Origin: Candidatus Omnitrophota bacterium
GTDB taxonomy: Bacteria; Omnitrophota; Gorgyraeia; JABMRN01; RBG-13-46-9
Direction: 5' to 3'
DNA length: 64,000 nt
Assembly: GCA_043817155.1 (NCBI GenBank)
Contig: JBDRHE010000072.1
Coordinates: forward strand, 1,345 to 65,344
The notes under the pieces were generated by a model. It did no database searches and was not told the origin of the DNA. It saw only the letters and a program-made list of their open reading frames with translations. The translations under genes were made by a program, and so were the position numbers. Positions 39,042 through 48,620 of the stretch are shown piece after piece (the stretch's first letter is position 1; the number at the start of each line of letters is the position of its first letter).

Positions 39042-40016
39042 ATGATGGAGTTATTAAAAGAGGCGCACGCAAACAAGGTCAATACAGTTACTATAGGCGC
39101 TACCGGGACGGAAGGCGGAACAAGGGATTCAAAAGTCATAGCCGGAGGCGAAAGCACGCTACCGTATCTCTTTAAAGAAGGCCAGATGCCCAACGAGCCG
39201 GTCATAGCCATGGAGATCCTGGACATAGAGCCGGAGGATTGGCCGGAGACCCTTAAGAGACCTTTTGGCGACGTTTTAAAGGACCCGGTTAAATGGGCTG
39301 TAAAATGCGTTGAAGAATATAAGGTAAGCATTTTATGCGTCAAATTACAGGGAACACACCCGGATTTCGGCAGCAGGTCCGCGGATGATGCAGGAAAGCT
39401 CATCAAGGATATATTGCAGGCGGTAAAGGTGCCGCTTATAATATTGGGCTCGGGTGATAATGAAAAAGACAACGTAGTTCTGGCAAAAGCAAGCCAGGTT
39501 CTGAAAGGAGAAAGGGCTCTTTTGGGCGATGCTACCGAGAAGAATTATAAGACGCTTACGGCAAGCTGCCTGGCTGACGGGCACAACATAATTGCGGAGT
39601 CCCCGATAGATATTAACATAGCCAAACAGGCCAATATCCTTATAAGCGAGATGGGTTTTCCACTCGAGAGAATCGTTATAAATCCAACTATAGGCGCGCT
39701 TGGATACGGCATGGAATACGCATACTCCATAATGGAGCGCGCAAGGAATGCTGCTTTAATAGGCGATAAGATGCTAGCCATGCCTTTTGTATGCTTTATA
39801 GGAAATGAAGCGTGGCGGGCAAAGGAAGCAAAGTCTACGGCCAGAGAGCACCCCGATTGGGGTGACGAATATTCAAGAGGCGTTCTTTGGGAGATAGAGA
39901 CCGCTTGCTGCATGCTTCAGGCGGGGGGAGACATACTTATAATGCGCCATCCGAAAGCGGTCGAGGAGACGAGGAAGTATATTGCTAAGCTGATGGGTCC
40001 GAAAGATAAAGTTTAG
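39042..40016 (+). CDS. acsD: Corrinoid iron-sulfur protein small subunit
   Basis: GGESTLP, SPIDINIAKQ, ALGYGMEY.YS.MER, IMRHP. Confidence 0.95.
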   Translation: MMELLKEAHANKVNTVTIGATGTEGGTRDSKVIAGGESTLPYLFKEGQMPNEPVIAMEILDIEPEDWPETLKRPFGDVLKDPVKWAVKCVEEYKVSILCVKLQGTHPDFGSRSADDAGKLIKDILQAVKVPLIILGSGDNEKDNVVLAKASQVLKGERALLGDATEKNYKTLTASCLADGHNIIAESPIDINIAKQANILISEMGFPLERIVINPTIGALGYGMEYAYSIMERARNAALIGDKMLAMPFVCFIGNEAWRAKEAKSTAREHPDWGDEYSRGVLWEIETACCMLQAGGDILIMRHPKAVEETRKYIAKLMGPKDKV

Positions 40017-40040
40017 TGGATAGCGCATAAAGGAGGCTAA

Positions 40041-40829
40041 ATGCTAGTAATAGGCGAGCTAATAAATGGGATGTACAAGGATATCGGTAGAGCCATAAAA
40101 GAGCGCGATAAAGCCGGTATTCAAAAGTCGGCCATCGAGCAGGTGGCAGCCGGAGCCGGGATGCTCGACGTAAATACAGGACCTTATGAGAAGAACCCGA
40201 AAGACGCGATGAAGTGGCTCGTCGAAACGATCCAGGAGGTAACCGATGTGCCGCTCGCGCTCGATAGCACTAAACCTGAAGTGATAGAAGAGGGTCTTAA
40301 GATCGTAAAGAAGAAGGCGATGATCAATTCGACGAACTCCGATGACAGTAAACTGGATGTGCTTGTACCGATGGCAAAGAAGTACAATGCATCTCTCATC
40401 GGTCTTACCATGGGAAAGAGTGGTATCCCGCGTGACAGAAATGAGAGGATGGAGCACGCGGTAAAGATGGTAACGAAGTGCCAGGAAGTGGGGCTTCCGA
40501 TGAGCGACTTTTATATAGATCCTATAGTGCTTCCTGTGAACGTAGCCCAGGCGCAGGCAAAAGAGGTGCTGGAATCGATCAAAGAATTTAAGTTTCTATG
40601 TGACCCGGCCCCAAATACCGTAGTAGGCTTAAGTAATGCTTCTCAGAGCACAAAGGAGAGGCCTATTATAAACAGGACGTATCTTGTAATGGCAATAGCA
40701 AGTGGATTATCCGCAGCTATATTGGACCCGCTTGACAAAGACCTCATGGACGCCGCAATAACGGCGGAACTCATTTTGAACAAGAATATATATTGTGACT
40801 CTTTCTTGAACGCATATAAAACAAAATAG
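40041..40829 (+). CDS. acsE: Methyl-THF:corrinoid iron-sulfur protein methyltransferase
   Basis: IGELING, LDVNTG, LDST, MINS, GLSN, INRTYL. Confidence 0.93.
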   Translation: MLVIGELINGMYKDIGRAIKERDKAGIQKSAIEQVAAGAGMLDVNTGPYEKNPKDAMKWLVETIQEVTDVPLALDSTKPEVIEEGLKIVKKKAMINSTNSDDSKLDVLVPMAKKYNASLIGLTMGKSGIPRDRNERMEHAVKMVTKCQEVGLPMSDFYIDPIVLPVNVAQAQAKEVLESIKEFKFLCDPAPNTVVGLSNASQSTKERPIINRTYLVMAIASGLSAAILDPLDKDLMDAAITAELILNKNIYCDSFLNAYKTK

Positions 40830-40867
40830 CCATAAGCTGTAAGCTTTAAGCCATAAGCGGAATAAAG

Positions 40868-41284
40868 ATGGTTATAACTGAATACATAAAACTAAAGTCG
40901 CGTGGCGAGACGGATATAATAAATATAACCGATGACGTTGCAGGCGCCCTCGAGAAGGCAAAACCGAAGAACGGCATTGTTACCGTATTTGTTTCCGGAG
41001 CAACGGGAGGCCTTACCACGGTAGAGTATGAGCCGGGGCTTGTCAGTGACCTGAAGAGCGCTTTTGAGAAGTTGGCCCCTCGCGACGCGGAATATGTCCA
41101 TAATCTGAGATGGGCCGACGGAAATGGTTTTTCACATGTGAGGGCCTCGCTATTAGGGCCATCTCTAACCGTTCCTTTCACAAACAAGAGACTAACGCTC
41201 GGCACCTGGCAGCAGATCATATTTATAGATTTCGATAATAGGCCCAGGACGAGAGAGATAGTTGTACAGATAATGGGAGAATAA
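40868..41284 (+). CDS. yjbQ: YjbQ/UPF0047 family protein
   Basis: EYEPGL, Y.H....DGNG.SHVRASL.G, LGTWQ. Confidence 0.9.
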   Translation: MVITEYIKLKSRGETDIINITDDVAGALEKAKPKNGIVTVFVSGATGGLTTVEYEPGLVSDLKSAFEKLAPRDAEYVHNLRWADGNGFSHVRASLLGPSLTVPFTNKRLTLGTWQQIIFIDFDNRPRTREIVVQIMGE

Positions 41285-41313
41285 AGGGAGCGCCAGAGCA
41301 CTTGTTTCTTCTC

Positions 41314-41485
41314 TCGTCTTTGCGAGGTGCCGTAAAAAGCTAGCGCACCGAAGCAATCTCCGACTAGCTCGAATGAGATTGCCTGCCTGCCCGCCAAAGC
41401 TTTTAAATGGCAGGCGGGCCTGCCAGTATATTTCGGGCAGGCAGGCTTCGGCACACTCGAATCTTACGGTGCCTCGCAAAGACGA
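41314..41485. repeat. Family A with doubly nested family E and CCCGCC..GGCGGG inserts
   Basis: Directly visible. Confidence 0.88.
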
Positions 41486-41513
41486 AGTAACTTTAAACGC
41501 GAGAGTAAAAACC

Positions 41514-42806
41514 ATGAAGCCAATATTACAGTTAGCGCTGGATTTCGTTAATTTGAAAAGAGCCCTTAAGGTCGCTGAAGAGGCCATGAAGGGCGGTGTC
41601 GATTGGCTTGAGGTCGGCACTCCGCTTATAAAGAGCGAAGGGCTTGACGCTATAAGAGAGCTAAGAAAAAGATTCCCGAAAATCAAGATAGTCGCCGATA
41701 TGAAGATAATGGATGCCGGGAGGATCGAAACCGAGGCCGCGGCCAAAGCAGGGGCAAACGTAGTCTGTGTTCTCGCGGTTGCTTCCGATAGCACCATACG
41801 TGAATGTGTTGAAGCAGGCCGGAACTATGGAGCAGAGATAGAAGCGGATTTAATAGGAATAGAAGCGAGCCGCCTGGAGTCGAGGGCGAAGGACCTGGAG
41901 AAGCTGGGGGTACACTATATAGGTATGCATATAGCCATCGATGATCAGATGAGAGGAGAGAATCCTTTTCTCAAGCTGAGCAAAATAGCAAAAGCTGTTA
42001 AGATCCCTGTCGCCTGCGCAGGAGGCGTAAACTCTGAGACGGCTTTCAAAGCGATCAACGCCGGCGCCGATATAATAATTGTAGGAGGAGCCATAAGCAA
42101 GGCTAAGAACCCGACAAAAGCCGCGCGGGATATAAAAAGATCCATAGAAAAACGGAGGGCCATAAAGACTAAACTTTTCAAGCGGGTTGGCGCGGGCGAT
42201 GTTAGGAAGATCTTAAGAGAGGTATCCACATCAAATATTTCAGATGCAATGCACAGAACCGGTAGCCTGCCGGAGCTCTATCCTATTTCAAGGGGATTTA
42301 AGATGGTTGGTCCGGCATTTACGGTTCGCACCTTTCCGGGGGATTGGGCGAAGACTGTTCAAGCCGTCGATATGGCCGATAAAGGACAGGTTATCGTTAT
42401 AGACGCAGGCGGCGTAGGCCCTGCAGTATGGGGTGAGCTCGCAACACATGGCGCCATTCAGAGAAGACTTGCAGGTGTTGTGATCTATGGAGCGGTAAGG
42501 GATGTAGCGGAGATAAGAAAATTAAATTTTCCGGTATTTTCCAAACTTATAACTCCTGTCGCGGGCGAGCCCAAAGGATTCGGAGAACTGGGCGCACCGG
42601 TATCGATAGGCGGCGTGAGAGTCTGTAACGGCGATTGGATAGTAGGTGATGATGACGGGGTAGTCTCTATACCCAAAGACAGGACGGTCGAGATCACAAA
42701 CCGGGCCATGAGCGTCTTAGAGCAGGAGAACAGGCTAAGAGAAGAGATCGACCGGGGTTCTACCTTGGCTCAGGTGGTTGAACTCCTGCGGTGGGAGAAG
42801 AAGTAA
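41514..42806 (+). CDS. hxlA: 3-hexulose-6-phosphate synthase fused to RraA/HMG-aldolase (MenG-like) domain
   Basis: LQLALD, EVGTPLIKSEG, ADMKIMDAG; C-terminal SNISDAM, AVWGEL, GAVRD, GDDDGV. Confidence 0.85.
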   Translation: MKPILQLALDFVNLKRALKVAEEAMKGGVDWLEVGTPLIKSEGLDAIRELRKRFPKIKIVADMKIMDAGRIETEAAAKAGANVVCVLAVASDSTIRECVEAGRNYGAEIEADLIGIEASRLESRAKDLEKLGVHYIGMHIAIDDQMRGENPFLKLSKIAKAVKIPVACAGGVNSETAFKAINAGADIIIVGGAISKAKNPTKAARDIKRSIEKRRAIKTKLFKRVGAGDVRKILREVSTSNISDAMHRTGSLPELYPISRGFKMVGPAFTVRTFPGDWAKTVQAVDMADKGQVIVIDAGGVGPAVWGELATHGAIQRRLAGVVIYGAVRDVAEIRKLNFPVFSKLITPVAGEPKGFGELGAPVSIGGVRVCNGDWIVGDDDGVVSIPKDRTVEITNRAMSVLEQENRLREEIDRGSTLAQVVELLRWEKK

Positions 42807-42848
42807 GGACAGACTAACCAGAGCACCGGAGTAATTGGCTCTCTCCTC

Positions 42849-42984
42849 GTCTTTGCGAGGTGCCGTAACATAGTTAGCGCACCGAAGCAATCTCAGACTA
42901 GCTCGAATGAGATTGCCTGCCTGCCCGTATATTTCGGGCAGGCAGGCTTCGGCACGCTCGAATTTTACGGTGCCTCGCAAAGAC
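42849..42984. repeat. Family A with family E insert
   Basis: Directly visible. Confidence 0.88.
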
Positions 42985-43024
42985 ATGTGTACTAACTTGA
43001 GCGATAAGGAGTAAAAAACAGATT

Positions 43025-44131
43025 GTGGCGAAACCGTTACGCATATTCATATCAGCGACCTTACAGAATACAGGCAAGACCACCTTCTCGCTCGGGCTTA
43101 TAGCCGCGCTTCTTAAGCGATTCAAGAATATAGGTTTTATTAAACCGATCGGGCAACGCTATCTGATGGAGCAAGGATTTAAGATAGACGAAGACTCGGT
43201 TCTGCTCGACAAAATATTTAATTTAGCCTCCAATCTTAATATAAAAGATCTCTCTCCTATTGCCGTTGAGAGAGGTTTTACCGAGAAGTATATCGAAGGT
43301 GTATCTTCAGGAGATTATGTAAAGGAGATAAAGGATTCGTTTGACAGGGTTGCAGAAGGTAAGGACCTTGTAATAATTGAGGGAACCGGTCATGCGGGGG
43401 TAGGGTCAGTATTCGATCTATCCAATGCCACGGTAGCGAAACTGCTGAATGCAAAAACCGTGCTTATTGCGCCCGGCGGTATTGGAAGACCGATAGACGA
43501 GGTTATGCTAAATAAGGCGCTCTTTGATAAAGAGAATGTTGAACTTGCAGGCGTGGTTGTAAATAAAGTGCTTCCAGAGAAGCTCGATAAGATAGATAAA
43601 TATGTAAGGATGGGATTTGAGAAGAAGGGATTGTCGGTCCTGGGAGTCATGCCCTACCATAAGAGCCTCGATCTTCCCACCATGAGGGAGATATACGGAG
43701 AGATCAAGATAAAGCTTATATGCGGCGGATCCTATTTAGACAATGCGGTAAACAGGATATTGATCGGAGCTATGGAGGTGAAGGAGGCGCTTAAATATGT
43801 AGTGGATAGGTCCCTCATAATAACTCCATGCGATCGTGACGATATAATATCTGCGATGATAGAGGTCCAAAGGTGTAGGATGGATAAGAGATGCAGTATA
43901 TCGGGAATGATCCTGTCAGGAGGCGTAGAACCGCCGGCAGAGACGATCAAACTTCTTGAAAAGAACCGGATCCCCACGCTTCTTGCCGAAGGCGATACAT
44001 ATTCAATCGCAGCCAGGGTACACAACATGAAAGTTAAGATTAAACCCGAAGATAAACTAAAAATTGATATAATAGTTAAGATGGTGAGCAAGTACGTGGA
44101 TGTGGATAAGATCGTGGAGAGTATAAGTTAA
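43025..44131 (+). CDS. Stand-alone BioD-like/DRTGG protein (phosphotransacetylase N-terminal-like)
   Basis: TGKT P-loop, FIKPIG, IEGTGHAGVGS, TPCDRDD, ILSGG; no PTA catalytic domain. Confidence 0.8.
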   Translation: MAKPLRIFISATLQNTGKTTFSLGLIAALLKRFKNIGFIKPIGQRYLMEQGFKIDEDSVLLDKIFNLASNLNIKDLSPIAVERGFTEKYIEGVSSGDYVKEIKDSFDRVAEGKDLVIIEGTGHAGVGSVFDLSNATVAKLLNAKTVLIAPGGIGRPIDEVMLNKALFDKENVELAGVVVNKVLPEKLDKIDKYVRMGFEKKGLSVLGVMPYHKSLDLPTMREIYGEIKIKLICGGSYLDNAVNRILIGAMEVKEALKYVVDRSLIITPCDRDDIISAMIEVQRCRMDKRCSISGMILSGGVEPPAETIKLLEKNRIPTLLAEGDTYSIAARVHNMKVKIKPEDKLKIDIIVKMVSKYVDVDKIVESIS

Positions 44132-44187
44132 GCATCTAAAATTAACAGCTTGGATTTTAAAATCACTACTGATTAAAATACCCTTTT

Positions 44188-44275
44188 TGTCATTCCCGGA
44201 CCGATCTTGCGGTCTAAACTCCAGCGGGAATCCATAGTGGGGCTCGCCTGGATCCCCGCTTCCGCGGGGATGACA
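44188..44275. repeat. Family B doublet with loop insertion
   Basis: Directly visible. Confidence 0.88.
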
Positions 44276-44403
44276 TGTGGGACAGAGCGGGCATGATAGG
44301 AATTCGTATATCAGAATACTATTTCCGTCTTTACAGTGCTATTAATTTAAACACGAGTGTTATAAAGTATCAATTTAATTTTTCTATTTTTAGGAGGTAA
44401 AAA

Positions 44404-45390
44404 ATGAAGATTCTACTTACAGGCGGCGCCGGCTTCATCGGAAGCTGTATGTTATGGAGATTGAACAATGCCGGCATCACAGATATAGTCGTTGTTGATC
44501 ATCTCGGCCAGTCGGCTAAATGGAAGAACCTGGTAGGGAAGAGGTTTGACGATTACCTCGAAAAGGATAAGCTTTTCGATAAACTGGAAAGAGGTAGCCT
44601 CGGCCGGAAGGTGGATACCATAATCCATTTTGGAGCGTGTTCTTCCACTACCGAACAGAACGCCTCGTATATGATGGAGAATAACTATATCTATTCAAGA
44701 AGGCTTGCCGAATGGGCTCTGGCAAATAACAAGCCATTTTTGTATGCCTCAAGCGCGGCAACGTACGGGTCCGGCGAGCACGGATATTCAGACAACGACG
44801 AGGATACCCCGGATCTCAAGCCACTTAATATCTACGGTTATTCAAAGCATCTATTTGATCTCTGGATGCTGAAGAATGCATTGCAGGATAAGGTCGTAGG
44901 CTTTAAATTCTTTAATGTCTTCGGTCCCAACGAGGGGCACAAGGGCGATATGAGAAGCATGGTCAATAAAGGGTATCAGCAGATAAAATCGACCGGCAAG
45001 ATCCGGCTCTTCAAATCAAATATACCTGAATGCAAAGATGGCGGCCAGAAAAGGGATTTCATATATGTAAAGGACGCTGTTGAGCTGGTCTACCATTTTA
45101 TAGAGCATCCCACCAAGAAGGGCCTATATAACATAGGTTCGGGGAAGGCGAGCACGTGGAACGACCTGGCTAATGCTCTGTTCAAAGCTTTAGATATTAA
45201 GCCTAAGATAGAGTACTTCGATATGCCCGAAGTCTTACGCGACAAATACCAGAATTTCACAGAAGCGAACCTTGCCAAGTTAAAGGAGGCAAATGCAGCG
45301 CATAAATACTTTGACTTGCACGATTTTACAAGTCTGGAGGATGCGGTAAAGGAGTATGTGAGGTTCTTGGAGAAGGACGAATATTTATAA
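44404..45390 (+). CDS. rfaD: ADP-L-glycero-D-manno-heptose 6-epimerase
   Basis: TGGAGFIGS, GACSSTTE, YASSAATYG, YGYSK, FFNVFGPNE.HKG.M. Confidence 0.93.
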   Translation: MKILLTGGAGFIGSCMLWRLNNAGITDIVVVDHLGQSAKWKNLVGKRFDDYLEKDKLFDKLERGSLGRKVDTIIHFGACSSTTEQNASYMMENNYIYSRRLAEWALANNKPFLYASSAATYGSGEHGYSDNDEDTPDLKPLNIYGYSKHLFDLWMLKNALQDKVVGFKFFNVFGPNEGHKGDMRSMVNKGYQQIKSTGKIRLFKSNIPECKDGGQKRDFIYVKDAVELVYHFIEHPTKKGLYNIGSGKASTWNDLANALFKALDIKPKIEYFDMPEVLRDKYQNFTEANLAKLKEANAAHKYFDLHDFTSLEDAVKEYVRFLEKDEYL

Positions 45391-45392
45391 TA

Positions 45393-45471
45393 ATTGATTA
45401 CACTGATTTATTATTGATTACACGGATTGGGGAATTGATTACACTGATTTAATATTGATTACACTGATTGA
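45393..45471 (+). repeat. Tandem ATTGATTACAC(T/G)GATT units (x4)
   Basis: Related GATTACACAGA array at 53077-53132. Confidence 0.8.
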
Positions 45472-45488
45472 TAAGGCTAGAGGTTGAG

Positions 45489-46049
45489 ATGAAAGTTTTA
45501 GGCATTAGTGGAAGTCCCAGGATAGGTGGGAATACGGATGTGCTTTTAGAAAAAGCGCTCGAAGGCGCACGGAGTTCGGGAGCCGAGACCGAGAAGATCA
45601 TATTAAATAGCTTAAATATGGTTCCGTGCCAGGAATGCGTTAAGGTGGAGAATGACGGCACGTGCCAGATAGAGGATGATTTTCAGAACGTATACAAAAG
45701 TATTAAAGGCGCAGACACCGTGATACTGGCATCACCTATATTCTTCGGATCGCTCTCGGCCCAGACAAAGGTAATGATCGACAGGTTTCAGTGCCATTGG
45801 AGGTACAGGTATATTTTAAAGAAGATAACCGAAGAGAAGACCAGGCCCGGTCTTCTTATACTGGTGGAGGCATCGACCAGGGGGAGCTTTCTTGAAAATG
45901 CAAAATCTATCGTAAAGAATTTCTTTGCTACAGCGGGACTTAGTTACGCAGGTGAGCTTCTCTGCCAGGGCATTGATGAAAAGGGCGCTATCTTGTCCCA
46001 TCCGGATCTTTTAGATAAAGCGACAAAACTCGGCAAAGCACTTCTGTAG
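45489..46049 (+). CDS. Iron-sulfur flavoprotein / NADPH-dependent FMN reductase family
   Basis: GSPR.GGNT, CQEC..C.....C, ASPIFFG, IDR. Confidence 0.88.
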   Translation: MKVLGISGSPRIGGNTDVLLEKALEGARSSGAETEKIILNSLNMVPCQECVKVENDGTCQIEDDFQNVYKSIKGADTVILASPIFFGSLSAQTKVMIDRFQCHWRYRYILKKITEEKTRPGLLILVEASTRGSFLENAKSIVKNFFATAGLSYAGELLCQGIDEKGAILSHPDLLDKATKLGKALL

Positions 46050-46070
46050 CTCTCTTTTTTTACCCGAACC

Positions 46071-46098
46071 GTCAACCTAATCATATATGGTAGTTGAC
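46071..46098. promoter_or_regulatory. BirA-type biotin operator
   Basis: GTCAAC-N16-GTTGAC palindrome directly upstream of bio operon; overlaps TTGACA-16-TAAAAT. Confidence 0.8.
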
Positions 46099-46101
46099 AA
46101 T

Positions 46102-47268
46102 ATGATTACGCCAAATAAAATAAAGACCGATTCATCCGCCTTCGCAGGAAATCTCGGCTTTGATCGGGAAGGAATGCGGCAGTCCTGCTTCGGCGCGATG
46201 TCCGCCAATACTATCGGAAAGGCGAGACCTTGCCATAGCCTAAAAGGCGAAGGCAGGTCGCCCTTAAAATTGAAGGCGGATGCCGTGCCGACTTGTCCGC
46301 CGAAGCTGAACGTGAATACAATTCAGCGAAGGCGGGCAACAACAAGGCATTCCGGACTTGCCCGGTGGGCTCCACTCCTTAAAGTGCCTCTAACAGAGCT
46401 TATCTCCCGTGCCAATACTGTGAGGAAAAGAAAAGTAGGAAATAAGCTCGAGCTCTGTAGCATCGTAAGCGCCAAGTCCGGACTTTGCAACGAAGACTGC
46501 AAGTTCTGCGCTCAATCGTCTCGTCACAAAACAAAAGTGCCAACGTATTCACTTAAGAGTTCAGGCGAGATGATCGAAGCGGCAATCGAGGCCAGAAGAA
46601 ACGGCGCATCCAGGTTCGGGATCGTTACAAGCGGGAATCGTTTAACATCTTGTGAACTTAAGACCATAGCGCAAGCGATCTCCGAGATCAGGAAAAGGAT
46701 CGGTATAGCGGTTTGCGGTTCACTGGGGGCCCTGGGATTCGATGAGCTGACAATGCTTAAAAGCGCCGGGCTTACCAGGTACCATCATAACATAGAGACT
46801 TCACGGCGTTTCTATCGCAAGATCGTGTCGACCCATAGCTTTGAGGAGCGTATAGATACTATAAAGGGCGCGAAACTCGCGGGACTCGAAATATGCTCAG
46901 GTGGCATAATAGGGATGGGTGAGACATGGCAGGACAGGATAGATATGGCCTATCTTCTAAAGTATCTCGATGTAGATTCGGTGCCTTTGAATATTCTCGT
47001 GCCGATAAAAGGCACACCCCTTGAGTCTGTAAAACCCATCTCACCTGCCGATGTTATAAGGACGATCTGTATATTCAGAATAATTTTAGGTGATAAGATA
47101 ATAAAGATAGCCGCGGGCAGGGAGACTGTGCTTAAAGATCTTCAGGCCATGGGTTTTATGGCAGGGGCAAATGGTATGTTGATAGGCGGATACCTTACTA
47201 TCAAAGGCAGGAGCCTTGAAGAGGACCGGCTGCTTGCAAGAGAGATAAAGATATTATGGAAAGAGTAG
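46102..47268 (+). CDS. bioB: Biotin synthase (start uncertain: 46102, 46174, 46198 or 46384)
   Basis: AKSG.CNEDCKFCAQS, YHHNIET, CSGGIIGMGE, GYLT. Confidence 0.93.
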   Translation: MITPNKIKTDSSAFAGNLGFDREGMRQSCFGAMSANTIGKARPCHSLKGEGRSPLKLKADAVPTCPPKLNVNTIQRRRATTRHSGLARWAPLLKVPLTELISRANTVRKRKVGNKLELCSIVSAKSGLCNEDCKFCAQSSRHKTKVPTYSLKSSGEMIEAAIEARRNGASRFGIVTSGNRLTSCELKTIAQAISEIRKRIGIAVCGSLGALGFDELTMLKSAGLTRYHHNIETSRRFYRKIVSTHSFEERIDTIKGAKLAGLEICSGGIIGMGETWQDRIDMAYLLKYLDVDSVPLNILVPIKGTPLESVKPISPADVIRTICIFRIILGDKIIKIAAGRETVLKDLQAMGFMAGANGMLIGGYLTIKGRSLEEDRLLAREIKILWKE

Positions 47269-48404
47269 AGAAACTATTAAAAGAGCGAAAAGCAAAAGGC
47301 CTTTTAAGGAGACTTGAACCCCTGAGTAAGAGAGGTAGGGGTAGGATCCGTCTTCAAGAGAGAGACTACCTGGACTTCTCTTCGAATGACTATTTAGGAC
47401 TTACAAATCACCCACGGCTTATCGAGGCTGCCGTAAAGGCCACTCAGGCCTGGGGGACGGGTTCGTCGGCGTCACGTCTTTTAAGCGGAGACCTCAATAT
47501 TCACCACGATCTGGAATCGAAAGTAGCCGCGTTCAAGGGCAAAGAGGCGGCGCTCGTATTCAATTCCGGGTATCAGGCCAATGTGGGGATAATAAGCGCT
47601 ATTGTCGGAAGAGGAGACGCCATATTTTCTGACAGACTGAACCATGCAAGTATAATTGATGGAGCCCTTCTCTCCGGCGCCAAATTATTCAGATACAGGC
47701 ACAATGACGTAAATCATCTGGAATCTTTGCTAAAGAGGGAGAGAGACAAATTCAAAGGAGTCCTTATATTGACCGAATCGGTCTTCAGTATGGATGGGGA
47801 TCGAGCCCCCCTGAAGGAGATCGCTCTTCTTAAGGAGAGATTTGGGTCTCTTTTGATGGTGGACGAGGCGCATGCAACGGGCATCTTTGGCGCAAGCGGC
47901 GCCGGTATGGTGGAAGAAGAGGGCATGATAGACAAGGTCGATCTTATAATGGGTACGTTCAGTAAAGCGCTTGGTAGTTTCGGTGGCTACATAGCATGCG
48001 ATCGGCGCATTAAGGAGTACCTGGTCAATTTTTCAAGAAGTTTTATCTATTCTACAGCGTTACCACCGTCTGTGATAGCGGTAAACTCAGCGAGCATAGA
48101 TTTAATAAAGGAGGAACCTTTTAGGAGAGATAGATTGATCGAAAATAGTATCTATTTTCGAAAAGGACTGGTAGGGCGTGGCTTCTGTGTGCGTGGCGAT
48201 TCCGAGATCGTTCCGGTTATCCTGGGGGGAGCCTTACGGGCCGTTAACCTAAGCAAAGCATTACAAGAATCCGGATATCACGTTCTTCCTATAAGGCCGC
48301 CAACCGTTCCCACAGGGGAGTCGAGACTCAGATTTTCACTAAATTTCGATCATACGAAGGAGATTTTGGACAGAGTGATCGATGCTATTGTAGGGGGCAT
48401 TTAA
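47256..48404 (+). CDS. bioF: 8-amino-7-oxononanoate synthase
   Basis: SSNDYLGL, NHASIIDG, SMDGD, DEAH, GTFSKALG, IRPPTVP. Confidence 0.95.
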   Translation: MERVEKLLKERKAKGLLRRLEPLSKRGRGRIRLQERDYLDFSSNDYLGLTNHPRLIEAAVKATQAWGTGSSASRLLSGDLNIHHDLESKVAAFKGKEAALVFNSGYQANVGIISAIVGRGDAIFSDRLNHASIIDGALLSGAKLFRYRHNDVNHLESLLKRERDKFKGVLILTESVFSMDGDRAPLKEIALLKERFGSLLMVDEAHATGIFGASGAGMVEEEGMIDKVDLIMGTFSKALGSFGGYIACDRRIKEYLVNFSRSFIYSTALPPSVIAVNSASIDLIKEEPFRRDRLIENSIYFRKGLVGRGFCVRGDSEIVPVILGGALRAVNLSKALQESGYHVLPIRPPTVPTGESRLRFSLNFDHTKEILDRVIDAIVGGI

Positions 48405-48540
48405 GCCCCGGGCTTAGATTATGAAGGTTGTTGTGAAAAGCCCGGGGCTTAAATGCAGACTAAAGTAGATGCGGACAAAGGCCATTCAGGTCCCGGGCTT
48501 TCTTGGTAAACCACTTTATTCAAGCCCGGGACCTGAATGG
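48397..48540. repeat. Inverted doublet of family D hairpins; first hairpin contains bioF stop
   Basis: Same architecture as 35990-36128. Confidence 0.85.
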
Positions 48541-48620
48541 GATAAGCCCGGCGAAACAATCTGACGAAATCCGTCGGATTACGTTTGTGTATTAGAAATT
48601 ATGAGTTAACGATATAAAAG

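Noticed and set aside
45393-45471. GATTACAC tandem units as a mini-CRISPR or iteron array
   Set aside because: Units are about 16 nt with 4-6 nt gaps; no spacers, cas or rep gene
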